Positions 1-13,074 of a stretch of 64,000 nucleotides of DNA are shown here, piece by piece; the stretch's first letter is position 1; the number at the start of each line of letters is the position of its first letter. The notes under the pieces were generated by a model that was not told the DNA's origin, did not search any database, and was given only the letters and a program-made list of their open reading frames with translations. The stretch spans positions 29,698,001 through 29,762,000 of the forward strand of contig OZ024748.1 of NCBI GenBank assembly GCA_964016885.1, given 5' to 3'. A program made the position numbers and the translations under genes. The stretch is from Eledone cirrhosa (Eukaryota).

Positions 1-46
1 TATACATCTATATGTACTGATGCTGTTGATAAATTTCTTCCTCTTT

Positions 47-1782
47 CATCATCATCATCATCATCATCAGGTTTAGCGTCCGTGTTCCACGCTTGCATGG
101 GTTTGGACGGGGGTTTTCCCACTTGAGGCAAGAGTGGTTGTCTTGCTCGCATAGGACTGTCTGGCGGGTTTTCTACAGTTGGATGCCCTTCCTAACACCA
201 ACCACATTTACAGTGTGGGGCTGGGAGGTTTTTACCGTGTTGCCTACACGGCCACATTTACAGCGTGGACTGTGTGTTTTTTGTCGTGACACCTACACGA
301 TCTCATTTGTTTCGGCCTGGATGTTGTGGGACCAACATAACTTTACATTGAAAGGGGCGGTGTGGAGGGACGGGGGTGTGTTTTGATAGAGGTGCCTACT
401 GACTGTAGTAGGTTTTTACTTTGTATTTAGGTAAGGCGGGTCTTCTCTATTACTGAGTACCGCCAAAGGTCTCGGTCCAGTGACATTGTCTTGGAGAGGT
501 GTAAGCGTGTGAGGTCGGAATTTATCAGCTCGTCCCATGTTTTTCTGGGTCTGCCTACTCCGTGGCTACCGTCTATCTTTATTGCCCTGCACTTTGTTAT
601 ACAGCTGTCGTCTTTCATGCGCATCACGTGACCGTACCAACGTAGCCTTCTCTCGAGTAAACAACATCTGATCCCTCTTATTTCTAATTTTTTCCTTAGT
701 TCGTTTATGCTTTGCCGTTCACGTATATTACTATTGCACATCCAGCGGAGCATGCAAGCTTCGTTCCTCTCTAGTCTGCGTATATCCTCTGCACACAATG
801 CCCAGGTCTCACTGCCATGCAGCATTGCTGTTCGTATGCAGGCATCGTATAACCTGCCTTTCATTTTTAGGGAGAACCCTCTAGCGGCTAATAGTGGTAT
901 AAGCTCTCTGAACTTTTTCCATCCAGTTCTGACTCTAGCTACTGTACTTTCAGAGCACCCTCCCCCACTGCTGATTTTGTCACCCAGATAACGGAAGCTG
1001 TCCACTATTTCTATAGAACCCTCTGCGCAGTTGAAGGAGCTAGTATTTTGTGGGCACTTGCTGCTACTTATTGCACCAGAGCACCGGCCACATGTAAAAT
1101 CTATGTTCTTAGTTAGCTTACCTGTGATCCCACTACATCTTTTATGCACCCATACTTTGCATTTGGGACATAAAATGGAGTTTCTACCTACGCCTTTCCT
1201 ACACACTGAGCATGGCCATTTCCCCGATGGGACCGCCGCCTTATTTTCTTTCCTACAAACTAGAACTTTAGTCTTAGCCAGGTTAATTTTAAGGCCTTTT
1301 GATTCTAGGCCGTGCTTCCACGTTTGGAATTTCTTCTCTAGTTCGGTCATTGATTCAGCTATGAGCGTTAGATCATCTGCGTATAGGAGTTCCCATGGGC
1401 AGCCGGTCTTGAACTCCTCTGTTATAGCCTGAAGGGCAATAATAAATAGTAGGGGGCTAAGTACAGAGCCCTGATGGACACCAACTTTTACGCTAAACTC
1501 TTCACTATATTCGTTGTTAATTCTAACCTTACTGACTGTTTCTTTATACATGGCTTGTATAGCTCTCACAAGCCATTCGTCAACACCTAGTTTTCTAAGA
1601 GACCACCAGATAATGGAACGGGGGACTCTGTCGAAGGCTTTCTCCAAGTCGACAAAAGCTAAGTATAGGGGTTTACTTTTAGCTAGGTACTTCTCCTGTA
1701 GTTGTCGTACAATGAAAAGAGCGTCTGTGGTACTTTTGCCTGACACAAACCCGAACTGCATTTCATCTAGATCAATTCCCTC
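47..1782 (-). mobile_element. 5'-truncated RTE-clade LINE with an open RT/C-terminal frame (427-~1780), 3' UTR and (GAT)n tail
   Basis: The ORF has RT motifs FVDLEKAFDRV, GVHQGSVLSPLLF and LLYADD, plus the RTE C-terminal RRLRWYGHV...GRPRKTW. The (cat)n tail is at 47-69. Near-identical to the 37.3-39.3 kb copy. Confidence 0.95.
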
Positions 1783-1798
1783 TTTATTTATATATATT

Positions 1799-3191
1799 TC
1801 TATATATAACATTCTTTGTCTCTGTCTGTCTGTCTGTCCTTAATGCATTCTCAAATGGCTCGACCAAATCAAATCAAATTTTACAAGGTAATAGTATTAG
1901 ACCCCAGCATTAACATGTAATTTTATTTTCATTTGGATTAAAACAATATAACATTTTATCTATAATAATCTTTCTATAGTCAACTATAATAAATGGACAT
2001 TTTATAACACCACCACGATGACATCACATTTTGTATATGAGTGTGTATATGTCTGTGAGTGTGTGTGTTTGCTCATTCGTTACCTATGTTAGGCTTTAGT
2101 AAGTTACATACATCTTCATGTAAATATTTAATCAGATACACAGGGAATTAAACACACACACACATCTACACATACATATACATATGTGATGACTGACAAA
2201 TATATGTGTGTGTGTGTGGGTATACATACATTTCTGTGACGACTGACATAACGAAACGCTGGGGGTGAAACTCTGTGTGTGTTTGTATGAATGTATGTGT
2301 GTGTTTTTTTAAGTTTGTGTGAGTGTATGTGTGTGTTCGTGGGTGAAACTGTGTGTGTTTGTATGTCTGTGTGTGTTTTTTATAAGTGTATGTGTGCCTG
2401 TTCGTATATATTTATATTCTCATACCGTTAAATTAGCAGTTAATACATTGGCTTATATTTGGTTAATTTATACTGCATACAAAAATAATAATTAATATAT
2501 ATTTCTTTTGGATGTTGATACTTATTTGTTTACAATATTGAAAAAAAAGTCTTTATTCTAAAAATTTCTCTCATACCTACAGCTGTTCCATTTGAATTTA
2601 AACTGGCCATATCCGGTCAGAATTCTCTCTCCTCTTTCTGTTCAAACCGGCTGTAACTGGCCGCTCATACTGATGTTAAGGTATTGTTCTCAACATAAAT
2701 AATATCAAAATCTCATAGATTCGATATTATGTGAGATAATTATAAACCTTTACCATGAAATATAATAGTAAATATAGAGTAAAGTAAATGCTAAAGGGTT
2801 GAGAGACTTCAGTTTCCAGTCAAATTAAGTTTTGTTATTTCAATTAACAAATCTCAGGCTCAATCTCTCAAGGTAGTTGGACTTGAACTCTCTAGTACAT
2901 GTTTCTCTCACAGTTAACTTTATGTTGGTTGCTCATGAGTTGGAAGCAGCAACAATTTATTCATTTGGACATCAACAAAAAATTACACAATGAATATTGT
3001 TTACCCTGAGGTGCTTCAAGATTGACAGATTTTCATTTCTAAATTCTATTATCATTACAATTTTGATATTTTTTAATAAAATATAGATATATTCAAATAA
3101 TTATGACAAAAAAAATATATTTTCATATTTATTGTTTACTAATCTGAATAAAAACAGTAGTGACCCAGGCAACGCTGGGTCATTCAGCTAG
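1799..3191 (+). mobile_element. Non-autonomous Helitron-like element (5' limit uncertain)
   Basis: The 3' end has the hairpin TGACCCAG-gcaacg-CTGGGTCA (3161-3182), then CTAG (3188-3191) and T. The 5' end TCTATATAT with a (ctgt)n run is typical of such elements. Confidence 0.55.
2600..2802. mobile_element. MITE-like dispersed repeat with a piggyBac-like end; second copy at ~51105-51318
   Basis: About 200 bp are clearly shared with 51.1-51.3 kb, and that copy ends in ...ctaaagggTTAA. Confidence 0.55.
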
Positions 3192-3254
3192 TATGTGTAT
3201 GTATATATATAAAATGTGTGTGTGTATATAATGTGTATCTTTCTTCTGTTCCAG

Positions 3255-3332
3255 GCCATCTGTGTCCTAATGGTGGCCCACAACATGTTTCAACTGCTGA
3301 TTGGTATAAAAGCTTTACCTTTTGGGACCAAA
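3255..3332 (+). CDS. LMBR1: LMBR1-family protein, internal exon (AICVLMVAHNMFQLLIGIKALPFGTK)
   Basis: ccag| acceptor and |gtaagt donor; 78 nt, phase 0/0. The peptide resembles the LMBR1/lilipod TM region. Confidence 0.85.
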
Positions 3333-4016
3333 GTAAGTAACAGATATATATCTCTTGTTTAACACTGACCACAAACATGTGATATTGTAAGTTTCATACT
3401 TTTTCCCAATAGCAGCCTAAAGGAAATGAATTGACATCAACTATGAAGGAGAATAAGATCACCTACTTCGTATAATCAAGATCTCACCTTTTCTCTTCGC
3501 TGTTTCAAGTAAGATACAAAGCAGCCTCACTAGAGATGGTGTTACAATAAAACACACTCAGTATACTCTGTAAAGTGGTTGGCAAATTGGTAGAGAAAAT
3601 GTAATGTCATGAGGACTCGCTAGTCCTCTCAAGGACACTGCAATCTTTGTAGGGCTGATATTACCATAAATTATACACAGTACATACTATAAAAATGCTG
3701 GTGATGGGAAAACGTAGAGTTGTGAGTCTTACCAAAGATAGAACAACTTCTTTTGTACTGGTGCTACGATAAAATACATCCAGTAGACTTTGCGAAGTGG
3801 TTGGTCTTAGGAAGGGCATCTCACCGAGCGAGATGTGGTCTGACCCTTTGAGGTGGGCAGCAGTAACTTTAAATAAGAACTAACTGTAACAATCCACTCA
3901 TGCCATGCCATGCCACAATATATTGGGGATAATACTTATCCTGTGTGTAGAACTGTTACTGGTAGTGGTGGTCGTGGTGATGGATGTTTTGTTACAAACT
4001 TTTAATATATTTTCAG

Positions 4017-4090
4017 AAACTTGCTCTTGGAATTACCTCTCTTTCTGCTCTAGGACCGGTTGGGGCCATTTTGGAAATCATCCTTATTCT
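4017..4090 (+). CDS. LMBR1: LMBR1-family exon (KLALGITSLSALGPVGAILEIILIL)
   Basis: tttcag| acceptor; 74 nt, phase 0/2; followed by the U12 donor GTATCCTTT. Matches the LG.SSLS..G..GA.LEIILI motif. Confidence 0.88.
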
Positions 4091-4446
4091 GTATCCTTTA
4101 AAAACATATTCTTATGTGTGTTCATGCATTTGTATGTATGTGTGGGTGGGTGTTTGAGGGAATGTTTGTATGTGTCCGTGTGTGTGTAAGTGAATGTCTG
4201 AGGTGTGTGTTTGTGTGCATTTGAGTGAATGTTGCATGTATTTGTGAGGGAATGTTTGTGAGGTGTGTGTTTGTGAAAGATGTATGTATGTGTGTGTTTG
4301 TGAATGAAAGATGTATGTATATATGTATGTATGTGTGTGAGAGAATGAGGTATGTATGTGTGTAAGTGAGTGATGTGTATGTGTGTGTAGCAGCCATCTA
4401 TATCTGCTTGTGTTATATTCACACCTTGACCTCTCACTCCATTCAG
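4091..4446 (+). other. U12-type (minor spliceosome) GT-AG intron
   Basis: 5' splice site GTATCCTTT. Branch-site-like CCTTGAC at 4424-4430, close to the 3' cag. Splicing keeps the LMBR1 frame. Confidence 0.85.
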
Positions 4447-4604
4447 TTATCTAATGTGTGCTTCTCTGGTGGGTTTCTACAGTCTTCCTGTCTTCTGCCA
4501 CTTAACCCCACGAATTGACGACACCACAATGATTCTCATCATAGCCAACTGTATTGTCATCCTAGTCCTCAGCTCTGCCTTACCTGTATTATTGAAGACA
4601 CTAG
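4447..4604 (+). CDS. LMBR1: LMBR1-family exon (YLMCASLVGFYSLPVFCHLTPRIDDTTMILIIANCIVILVLSSALPVLLKTLG)
   Basis: 158 nt, phase 2/1, donor |gtaact. Strong resemblance to the LMBR1 motif VGFYS...DTTM..IIGNC..LVLSSALPV..TLG. Confidence 0.92.
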
Positions 4605-5279
4605 GTAACTAACTCTCTCCCTCTCGCACACAATCTTTTGCCTTTGCTGCTGTTGTTTTTGTTGTTGTACTTGTTTGATGTTTGTGGCTGTTATTCTTGT
4701 TGTTATTGTTGCTATGTTTTTGTTAGTAAGTTCTCGTCACACACTGTATACCAAACAGCAATGTTAGATAGGTTGTTTGCAGTTTTATATTCAATGTTAT
4801 AGTAAGTCACACACTGACTGTATACCAATAGGTTGTTTTTAGTCTTATATTTGAGGTTATACTACTAGTCACACACAGTATACCAAATAGTATTATTAGA
4901 GAGATGTTTGCAGTCTTATATTTGAAGTAATAACAAGAAGCATTTCAAGGCCATTTTCCCTGCTACACGGAGGTAAGCTTTGATCAAGACACTTGATCAT
5001 ATGTCTCTGGGGTTCTTTTTGTGGTAAGGTTTTATGGCTGGATGCCCTTCTTGGTACCAATCCTTTTAGTCACCTCTTACTAAATACAAAGATACCGTGT
5101 ACCTATTCTAAACCATAAACTTATGGTGTTGTTGGACCTCAGTCACTTACGCCAACATGTGTTCCTGTTGTTTAATCAATCAAGTAACAACCTGCTCATG
5201 AAATGTGTAAATGACTGAGTATGCCAAAGACACATGCACTCTTGATATCATTTTTCAGAGATATTCAGTGTATCATAGT

Positions 5280-5455
5280 GTGTGATAAGGTTGGCTTTTG
5301 GAATTAAAGTTAAAACGCATTTTTTTCCAGCTGAGTGGACTGGAGCAACATGAAATAAAATGTCTTTCTCAAGGACACAACTTGCCACCAAGAATCCAGC
5401 TCACAACCTTACTATAATGAACTCAACATTCTAACCACTAAGCCACACACTTTCA
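5280..5455 (-). mobile_element. tRNA-derived SINE family 2 (other copies ~7730-7820, 9010-9110, 15450-15540, 63703-63830)
   Basis: Box A/B-like head gtgtggct(t)agtggtt...gagtt, followed by the shared core tgtccttgagcaagacactt(t)atttca. Confidence 0.65.
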
Positions 5456-5552
5456 CAAAGCAGATACAGACACTACTATAAAAACTATTTTCAAAGTTAA
5501 ATTTTTAAGTGAATCAGCAATCTTCTCTTTCTCCCTTTCACTCTTTCTTTAG

Positions 5553-5794
5553 GCATCACTAACTTTGACCTTCTCGGCAATTTTGGCAGCATGGAATGGC
5601 TGGGCAATTTCTACATCATCCTCACCTATAACATAGTGTTTGCTGTAGCAACAGCGCTATGTCTCGTCAACAAATTCACGGCTACCATACGTCAAGAGAT
5701 ATATGTTCGCCTCAAGATGGTATTCAAGAGGGAGAGACGCTCCTATTCTTCATCACAATTACTGAATGGTTCTCTGCTAGGGAAAGAAGATTAA
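5553..5794 (+). CDS. LMBR1: LMBR1-family terminal coding exon (GITNFDLLGNFGSMEWLGNFYIILTYN...GKED*)
   Basis: Pyrimidine-rich tttag| acceptor, phase 1. Carries the hallmark FDLLG.FG...WLGNFYI.L.YN and ends at TAA 5792-5794. Confidence 0.93.
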
Positions 5795-6258
5795 AAAGGA
5801 AGTGAAGTAAAAGTAGAAGTTCTCCTATTTCTCAGGGCTTGGGGGAAGTGTGAGGAGAGGAGGTTGTTATTTTTAATACTTTTTTTTTTAATTTAAAGAA
5901 ATATATATATTTTTTCTTTTTTTTTAATCAAAAAAGTTCATGAAACAAAAAGAAAACTAAGCCAAGAAAGTCCAGAATGAAATATTCGATATTATTAAAT
6001 TCTGCCTGCTGATAACCATCATCAAAATCTTCATTGCTTGGATATACTCTGTCTACTAATCATTTCTACGGCAAACCATCTGACAGTTTTTTTTTTGTAC
6101 ATATATAAATATATATCTTTTTTAATTATTTTTTTATGAGAATGAAAAAAGTTTGCAGCATTTGCTGCATAAATGATGTAATTTAAAAGAAAAAATAATA
6201 TATATATATAATGTATGTATATATAATGTATATGTTTGTGTGCGTAACTGTCTCTCTC

Positions 6259-6316
<58 letters not shown>

Positions 6317-9300
6317 CGGTGGGTTTGAATATTTTCCACTGTTTCATTCATCAGAAAAAAGTTAAGAGTTGAGGATACTGTGATTTTTTAATGCCAACGT
6401 CTTTCTTTGGTCGACTAAGGAAGGGAAGTACCCGCAAATGTTTTTTTAAATGCATTATTAGGTTTCATCTGTGGACGTATACCTTTCGCCGTGTGTGTAC
6501 GTGTGGAGAGAGAGGCAGAGAGAAGTGTAAGTGTGGAGAGAGATGTGATATGATAGCTCCCATTACTGACATTTAATCATGTCATCTACAACAGGAGCAC
6601 ATAACTCTGCAGGGGCACATAACTCTTGTCTGCCTTGCGGCTTCATTCTTCGTATGGCAACCCCACCTTCCGGCTCGCTGGAATAATAGTTCCTCTGCCA
6701 CCACCACCACTACTATTACTACTAGCTATAGTGGGTTGGAGTAAAGGTACTGGCAGGAGGATGATGCAGTAGTAGTAGTAAGAGCAGCAGTAGTACTAGT
6801 GGTAGTAGTAGTTATTGTAGCAGTTTCAATTATGCAGTAGTAGAATCTGTGTACACGTGTATATGTGTTTCAATTACACACATATATATATATATATATA
6901 CATATCACATTTGTTTTCCTCGTAGTAGCCTATTTACTCAGTGTAGATATTACAGCCACAACACACAGGTGAGATAGTGTAGATATTACAGCCATAACAC
7001 AGGTGAGATAGTGTAGATATTACAGCCATAATACACACACAATCTCACCTCTTCCCTCTCTACAGCTGAGGTGGGAGGAGATGATGTATCCTGATAGTAT
7101 TCTGGAACACCACCACCATCTTCACACACAGATGGTGTTATTATGTTAGATATGGTCTGGGGCCACAATTTGACAAATCTATTATTTTAGTGAAGTAAAC
7201 CACACATTTGCATGTAAACATGGATATTGAAATACTGTTGCTGCTGCCACTGCTGTTGGTAATGAGGATGGTGATAATGATGGTTTAATCTTATGGTATT
7301 AAACTTTTGGTATTAGACTTTTGCTTGTTGCTTTCTTGTCTTGTGTGTGTGTGAGGGTGTGGGTGGATTGAAGGTTATCAAGGCAGGGTGAATTCAACTA
7401 AACCAATCCCTTATAAATGTATGTCCTTGAACCAATGTAAGAAACCATTATCATCATCCTTATTGTGATTAATTTGCTTATTGGTGGTATGCTGCTGAAC
7501 TATACACATATAGACATGGTGGGGGTGTTAGGTAGACATATAAATCTCTCATTCTCCACGCACCCCTCTCCCAAAGCCAACCCTTCAACATTGCTTCAAT
7601 TCCGTTATGTCTTATATCACTAAAATACAGGCATGAATGATACCTCACTTCCCCTTCACTATCATCACCCCTGGCAATATGTAGTCTTATGACAGTATGA
7701 GAAATTATTATTAGTATTATTCTTTCGGTAGTAGATGTGGTTTGGGTGTTTGGTCGTAAGGTCAGTTTATGGAATGAATGCTGCATTGTGTCCTTGAGCA
7801 AAACATTTTATTTCATAAGGCATCAGGTTTGTAGGGGTTGGGAAAATAAAAGTGTATGATATTTATTTTTTATTCTTAAGCCTGGAGTTTATACTGGCTT
7901 CATTAGCTGGGAAAAATGATTTGCACCTGTAATTCAAAGGGCTAGTCCTGTCACACTCTGTTATACTGAATCTCCCTGAGCACTGTTAAAACTGCATGGG
8001 TTTGTGGAATGCTCAGCCACTTGCATGTTAATTTCACAAGCTGTTCTGTTTGTCAAACAAGCAGAACACTTGTCAGAACTGATAGAGGTCAAACAACAAT
8101 AATAGTCTGTATAACTCAAATAGGTAGAAACTTGCAATGGAGTAAGTGGACTACAAGAGGATCTTCAGAGGAAGTACTCCCATCAAGTGTTTTGACACTT
8201 GATGCCTCCTATCACTCTAAGGGAGCCATACCACCTAGGTCATGACTCCTAAGTGTCCTGCTGTTTTAGTTCTCTTCCAGTGAGTGATCATTTCCCATTA
8301 CTATGGTTTACACCACTCTGGCCACAAATACCATCGGTAGAACTAACAATTCACATCTAAACAGCAATCAATGTTCATGACTTGATGTATCCTAACTTAG
8401 TTCCAGTGGTCATTCCACTTTGACCATAACCACATTTGTTGTTCCTTGAGATTTGAACCTAGCACTACAGGACAATGTGACCAGTACCAGTTACCTGTTT
8501 ATGATAGTGACCTCTTTCTCTCTCTGCTACCTATTTACAGCCACATGGACTGGGCTATTCACAGCTATGTCTCTATGATCCCATTTAGTATATTTTTGTT
8601 TCTTTGTCTTGTGTTGATCTTATGTAGTTTATTATTATTTTTTTTGCTTGTGTTTTGTTTTTAAACCTGTTGATAAAAACAAATAAAATGTCCTATTCTA
8701 GGTTACTGAGTTAGTTGCGTCAACAGCCCCTCAACACACTTCAATTACTCTAATTCAATGTCCTCACACCCACACAAAATAAAAAAATTGTGATCCAAAC
8801 TACATATTTAATTGGGTATTTTTCACATACTGTTTCATTTAACATATCAATCCTAACTTTAGTTCTAACATACTTTACTAAGGCTGAAGCAGGGATAATA
8901 TTACAGTGTAGCAGAGTACTGAGGCTGTGTGAAGTTAACAACACATATAACTATTTTCATTTTATTTATATTGCCAACACTTGGTAGCAGCATAAATATC
9001 ATCACAGTGAAGATGTGTGGCCTAGTGGTTTGATTTCTGTACCAGGTGTTGCATTATGTTCTTGACCAAAACACTTCATTTCACATTGTTCCAGTCGACT
9101 CAGTTGAAAATGATTACGACCAAAAACATATCCTCAAATCAGAGACCTGGCCTGAATACTTACAACAGTGTCCTTCACTAATGTCCCCAAGATGAGGCGG
9201 GTGAAGTTAAACCAGGATTTAGTCTACTATCAGAGTTGAGCACCTAGTCTACCAGTTACTGATGAAACTAATTGCCATGTGTCAACACATACTATAGCTG

Positions 9301-10069
9301 TTGTGAAGTAAGCATACTTATTGAACAGATAAATTGAAACTTTATTATACCCATTGCGTTGTGTTCATAGGCAATGATTTGGCCAACTTGACAGTATTCT
9401 CTGTGCCCTGAGTTCAAATCCCATCAAGGTTTACTTTGCCTTTCATCATTTCAAGGTTGATAAAGTACCAGTCCAGTATTGGTGTTCAATTCTTCCTCTA
9501 TATCTCTTTCTCACTTCCTCTCTTCCTTCAATTGGAAGAAATCGGCTCTGCCAGGTTTAAATCTCCGAGACTCTAGATTTGTAACAACATTACCCCTATG
9601 AGTTTATTAGAAGTTAACAGCTATGGTGTAGTAAGGTATTGTATTATGCTATGCAGGTTCTCTCCAGTAGTCTCCCTTATTAGCCAAGCTCTTAATAATT
9701 TTCTCATATCCTTCTCCCAGTCCTATGTTATTTATTAATAGAGAAGCAATGTCATCCCAAGGTGCCAGTCAACAACTACATCCTCTTTATGCTTCACTAA
9801 AATGTCCACTGTCTATCCAGCCATCTTCAATGTTGTCAAACTTTTCTGTCAAAATTCAATGGGTTTATCTGTGTCAAAATCTGAGAAAACATCCATCACA
9901 TTGTTGCTTATTATTGTTGCCTAATTATTATTATTATTGGTTCAATTCCTGCTGAGGGTAGCTTGGCCTCTCGTTCCTTTATGGTCAATAAAATAAAGTA
10001 CATTGGGGTCGATTTAATCGACTTTCTGCTTACTCCAAACTGGTAGCCTTATGCCTAAATCAGAAACCA

Positions 10070-10260
10070 AGGCGGTGGATTGGCAGTATCGGTAGAGGGT
10101 CAGACGCCATGCTTTGACGCATAGTTACGGCCCTTGCCATTCTGAGTTCAAATCCCGCCGAGGTTAACTTTGCCTTTCATCCTTACGGGGTCGATAAAAT
10201 AAAGTACCAGTAATGCACTGGGATAATTGCTGGCCTTGTGCCTAAAGTAGAAACAATTAT
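10070..10260 (+). mobile_element. tRNA-derived SINE family 1, near full length (partial copies at ~9.4, 9.95, 15.05, 17.0, 21.5, 24.8-25.1, 41.0, 41.7, 47.0, 48.0 kb)
   Basis: B-box gagttcaaatccc, core gcctttcatcct..cggggtcgataaaataaagtaccag and a (tta)n tail, repeated more than 10 times in the window. Confidence 0.75.
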
Positions 10261-11260
10261 TATCTCTTGAACTGAATTTAAGCTTTGGAAGCAGGTCATA
10301 ACAAATGATCAGAGGTTCCAAAGTTCTTGCTGTTCTTAACAAAGCTGCCTTTTGTAATGTGGTTATTATTATAGAAATCATTATTATTATGATTTGAATT
10401 TCCTTTTGAGTTCTGCTTCTTTCCCAAATCATGGTGAGTGTCAACCTGGCACCTGAGGGAAAATTTGATAATACACACATTTACAATCAATTATCACAAA
10501 TGATGCCACAAACAACAGTGAATGTCTTTGCAAGGTTTTTAAACTGATAATGTCCTTCTTAGGACATGGGCAGTACCAGTCAGCACTATTTTCTGTATCT
10601 CTTGCAGAGATGGCTTTCCAGGTATCAGGCCAAATATTTTTCAGTTCCCTTTGTTATTATTCCAAGTGCACTGACTATCACTGGTATTGTACAGGACTTA
10701 AGATGCCACATTTTCTCAATTTCAATTGACAGATCTTTATACTTACTGAGCTTTCTGAACTCTTTCGAGATGTTACGATTTGATGGAATGCTCATGTCAA
10801 TTAAGAAACATGTTTTCTTTTTATGGTCCTTCATAATTATATCAGGTCTGTTGGCCTTGATTGATCTTTCAGTATTCACAGGGAAATCGCAGAGGATTGT
10901 TACGTTCTCGCCTCCTGTTACTGCATCTAGGTGATGGTTGTACTATTTTCCCTCCATTTTCAAACCATAAAACCTGCACATTACCCAGTGTAAGTATTGC
11001 CCCACTCTACCATGCCTCGTTTTATGTTCCTGGGCAGCTAATACCTTGCAGCCTGAAACCAGGTGGTCGGTCTATGGTCTCATCACATGCTCATCACAGA
11101 ATCAACACTTTTGGTCAATTCCATTTTTGATCACATTGCGTTGGGAGACACTGTTCTTGTGCAGCCAAAATGAAGCCCTCACTCTCTGCCAGAACTCCAT
11201 GGCCACTGATGGTTGAGAAGCAGACTCCTCAACCATTCAGCTATGTTTTTGGTTTTTATG
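10255..11260 (-). mobile_element. R4/Dong-like (restriction-like endonuclease) non-LTR retrotransposon 3' fragments
   Basis: ORF 10625-10879 reads NRPDIIMKDHKKKTCFLIDMSIP...KYKDL...PVIVSALG (PD-D/ExK RLE). A second 3' end reads LQKAALLRTARTL. The ends abut (TAA)n. Confidence 0.8.
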
Positions 11261-13074
11261 GCCACACCAAGTATTATTCTATATGCTTGGCTGGAAGAAT
11301 AATTTGCTAGTAACTTTTTAAAAAGAAATAACATATTTTTGGCTTGAAATGCTTGTTGTATTTTTAAAAAAGTTAATGCAGGATGCTCTCTAGTTGTTGC
11401 TTCTAAAATTTGTATTTGAAATGTGTGCAGAATACCAATGCTGTCTTCTCTGTCATTATCTTGGACTTCCTCAGTCATTTCAGTCGAGAAAGAGAGATTA
11501 CCTCACCCCATCCATTAATTTGTGTATAATCTATCAACATATCTGCAATTTATTTTGGACCAATCCATAAGAAGGTGGAAGCTATTTTTTATTGGAAAAT
11601 GTCTTCTGTTGTTTCTCTGGTATGACTGCTATCTTTAGTTAAGTATATGTTTTCCCTTTTCCATCACTCCTCAATATTCATGAAATTATAAGTCTCCGAA
11701 CACACACACATTGATATATATATATACATATATAATCAGTGGTTACTCTAGCTGATCAATGTTATTCAGGCATACTGGTGATAGATCAAAGATATACATT
11801 TCAGTCCTAAACTTTAAATCTGGGTTTTTTAAAAAAACTTTTTCATTCACAGCCCTTTCTGATCATATGGCTAAATTTTATGACTCATTGAATTTTGTTC
11901 ATATAACAAAGTTGAAACAAAGTTATATTTCCTCAAAGAATAGTGAATTAAATCCATTTGAAATTTATCTTATTCTTCGTAGTTCAGGTAAGAATTTGTC
12001 AGCCTGTCACACATTTGGGACCTGTCCAAGCAAATATTGTTGACACTGACACACACACACTACTTTCTTTTCAAACTATCTGTAAACCTGCTATTGTTAG
12101 TGTTAGTATGATTTTACAAAAAGAATAGTAAAAAAAAAAATGGTTGTGTTAGTAATAATAGGTTTGGAAGAGAGCTGTAAATATATATTTTTGTGCATAA
12201 ATTTCTTTATATATGTATGTATATATATAAATCTATATAAAATGTATGTATGTATGACTACATCCACATGAATGAAGACAATCTTTTTATAAGAATTTCC
12301 TGTTGAAACTGTTTAGATGAACTCATTGTACCCATACAATATTGTCTGAATCATCAAATAGAGTTATTAGCTTGCTTGCCTTCCTCTACTGAAGCTATTT
12401 CATCCTGGTGCAAGACAATGGTTGAAGAGTGGTTGCAATGTCATTTGCTGCCAACATACAGATATTGCAGTTGGTTATGGTTTACTTGCTCAAGTCTTCA
12501 AATATTATAATTAATAAAATTGTCTTTTTTAATTTCTATGTATTTTCTTTTATTCTTTCACCACAGTTATTAGAGTGTGGCAAAGCTGGAGCATAGCTTT
12601 AAAGGGGTTTAATTGATCATATCGATTAAATACTTAATCACTTTTCATGCTTGGGATGTAGTATATCGATCTCTATTTGTCAAAATGTTAACTCACACAT
12701 TCATTGGGCATCCATAGTTTCTGCTTACCAAATTTCACATTGGTCAACCTGAGGCTATAGTAGAAGATATTGGAACTAAACCTCAAGCCATGTGTTGTGA
12801 AGCAAGGTGTTGAAATAACGTGTAACAGAAGATATTACAGTTCGTAAGAAGTGCTAGAGATAGCTCCGGATAAGTCGCATTATGGCAACTCTACAAATTA
12901 AAAAAATTGGAGTAATATACTATAATTAGCTTTAATCTATACATATAAAATATGTTGATTATGTTTCTCAACAAACAAACAAACAAACCTCAATGAGCAT
13001 GAATTATACAAATTTAAACAACATATAAAAAAACTTTTGTATATCAAAGAAACTATTAGTATTTTGTACATATA

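Noticed and set aside
707-1843. Antisense ORFs over the RTE copies
   Set aside because: They are shadow frames of the RT coding strand.
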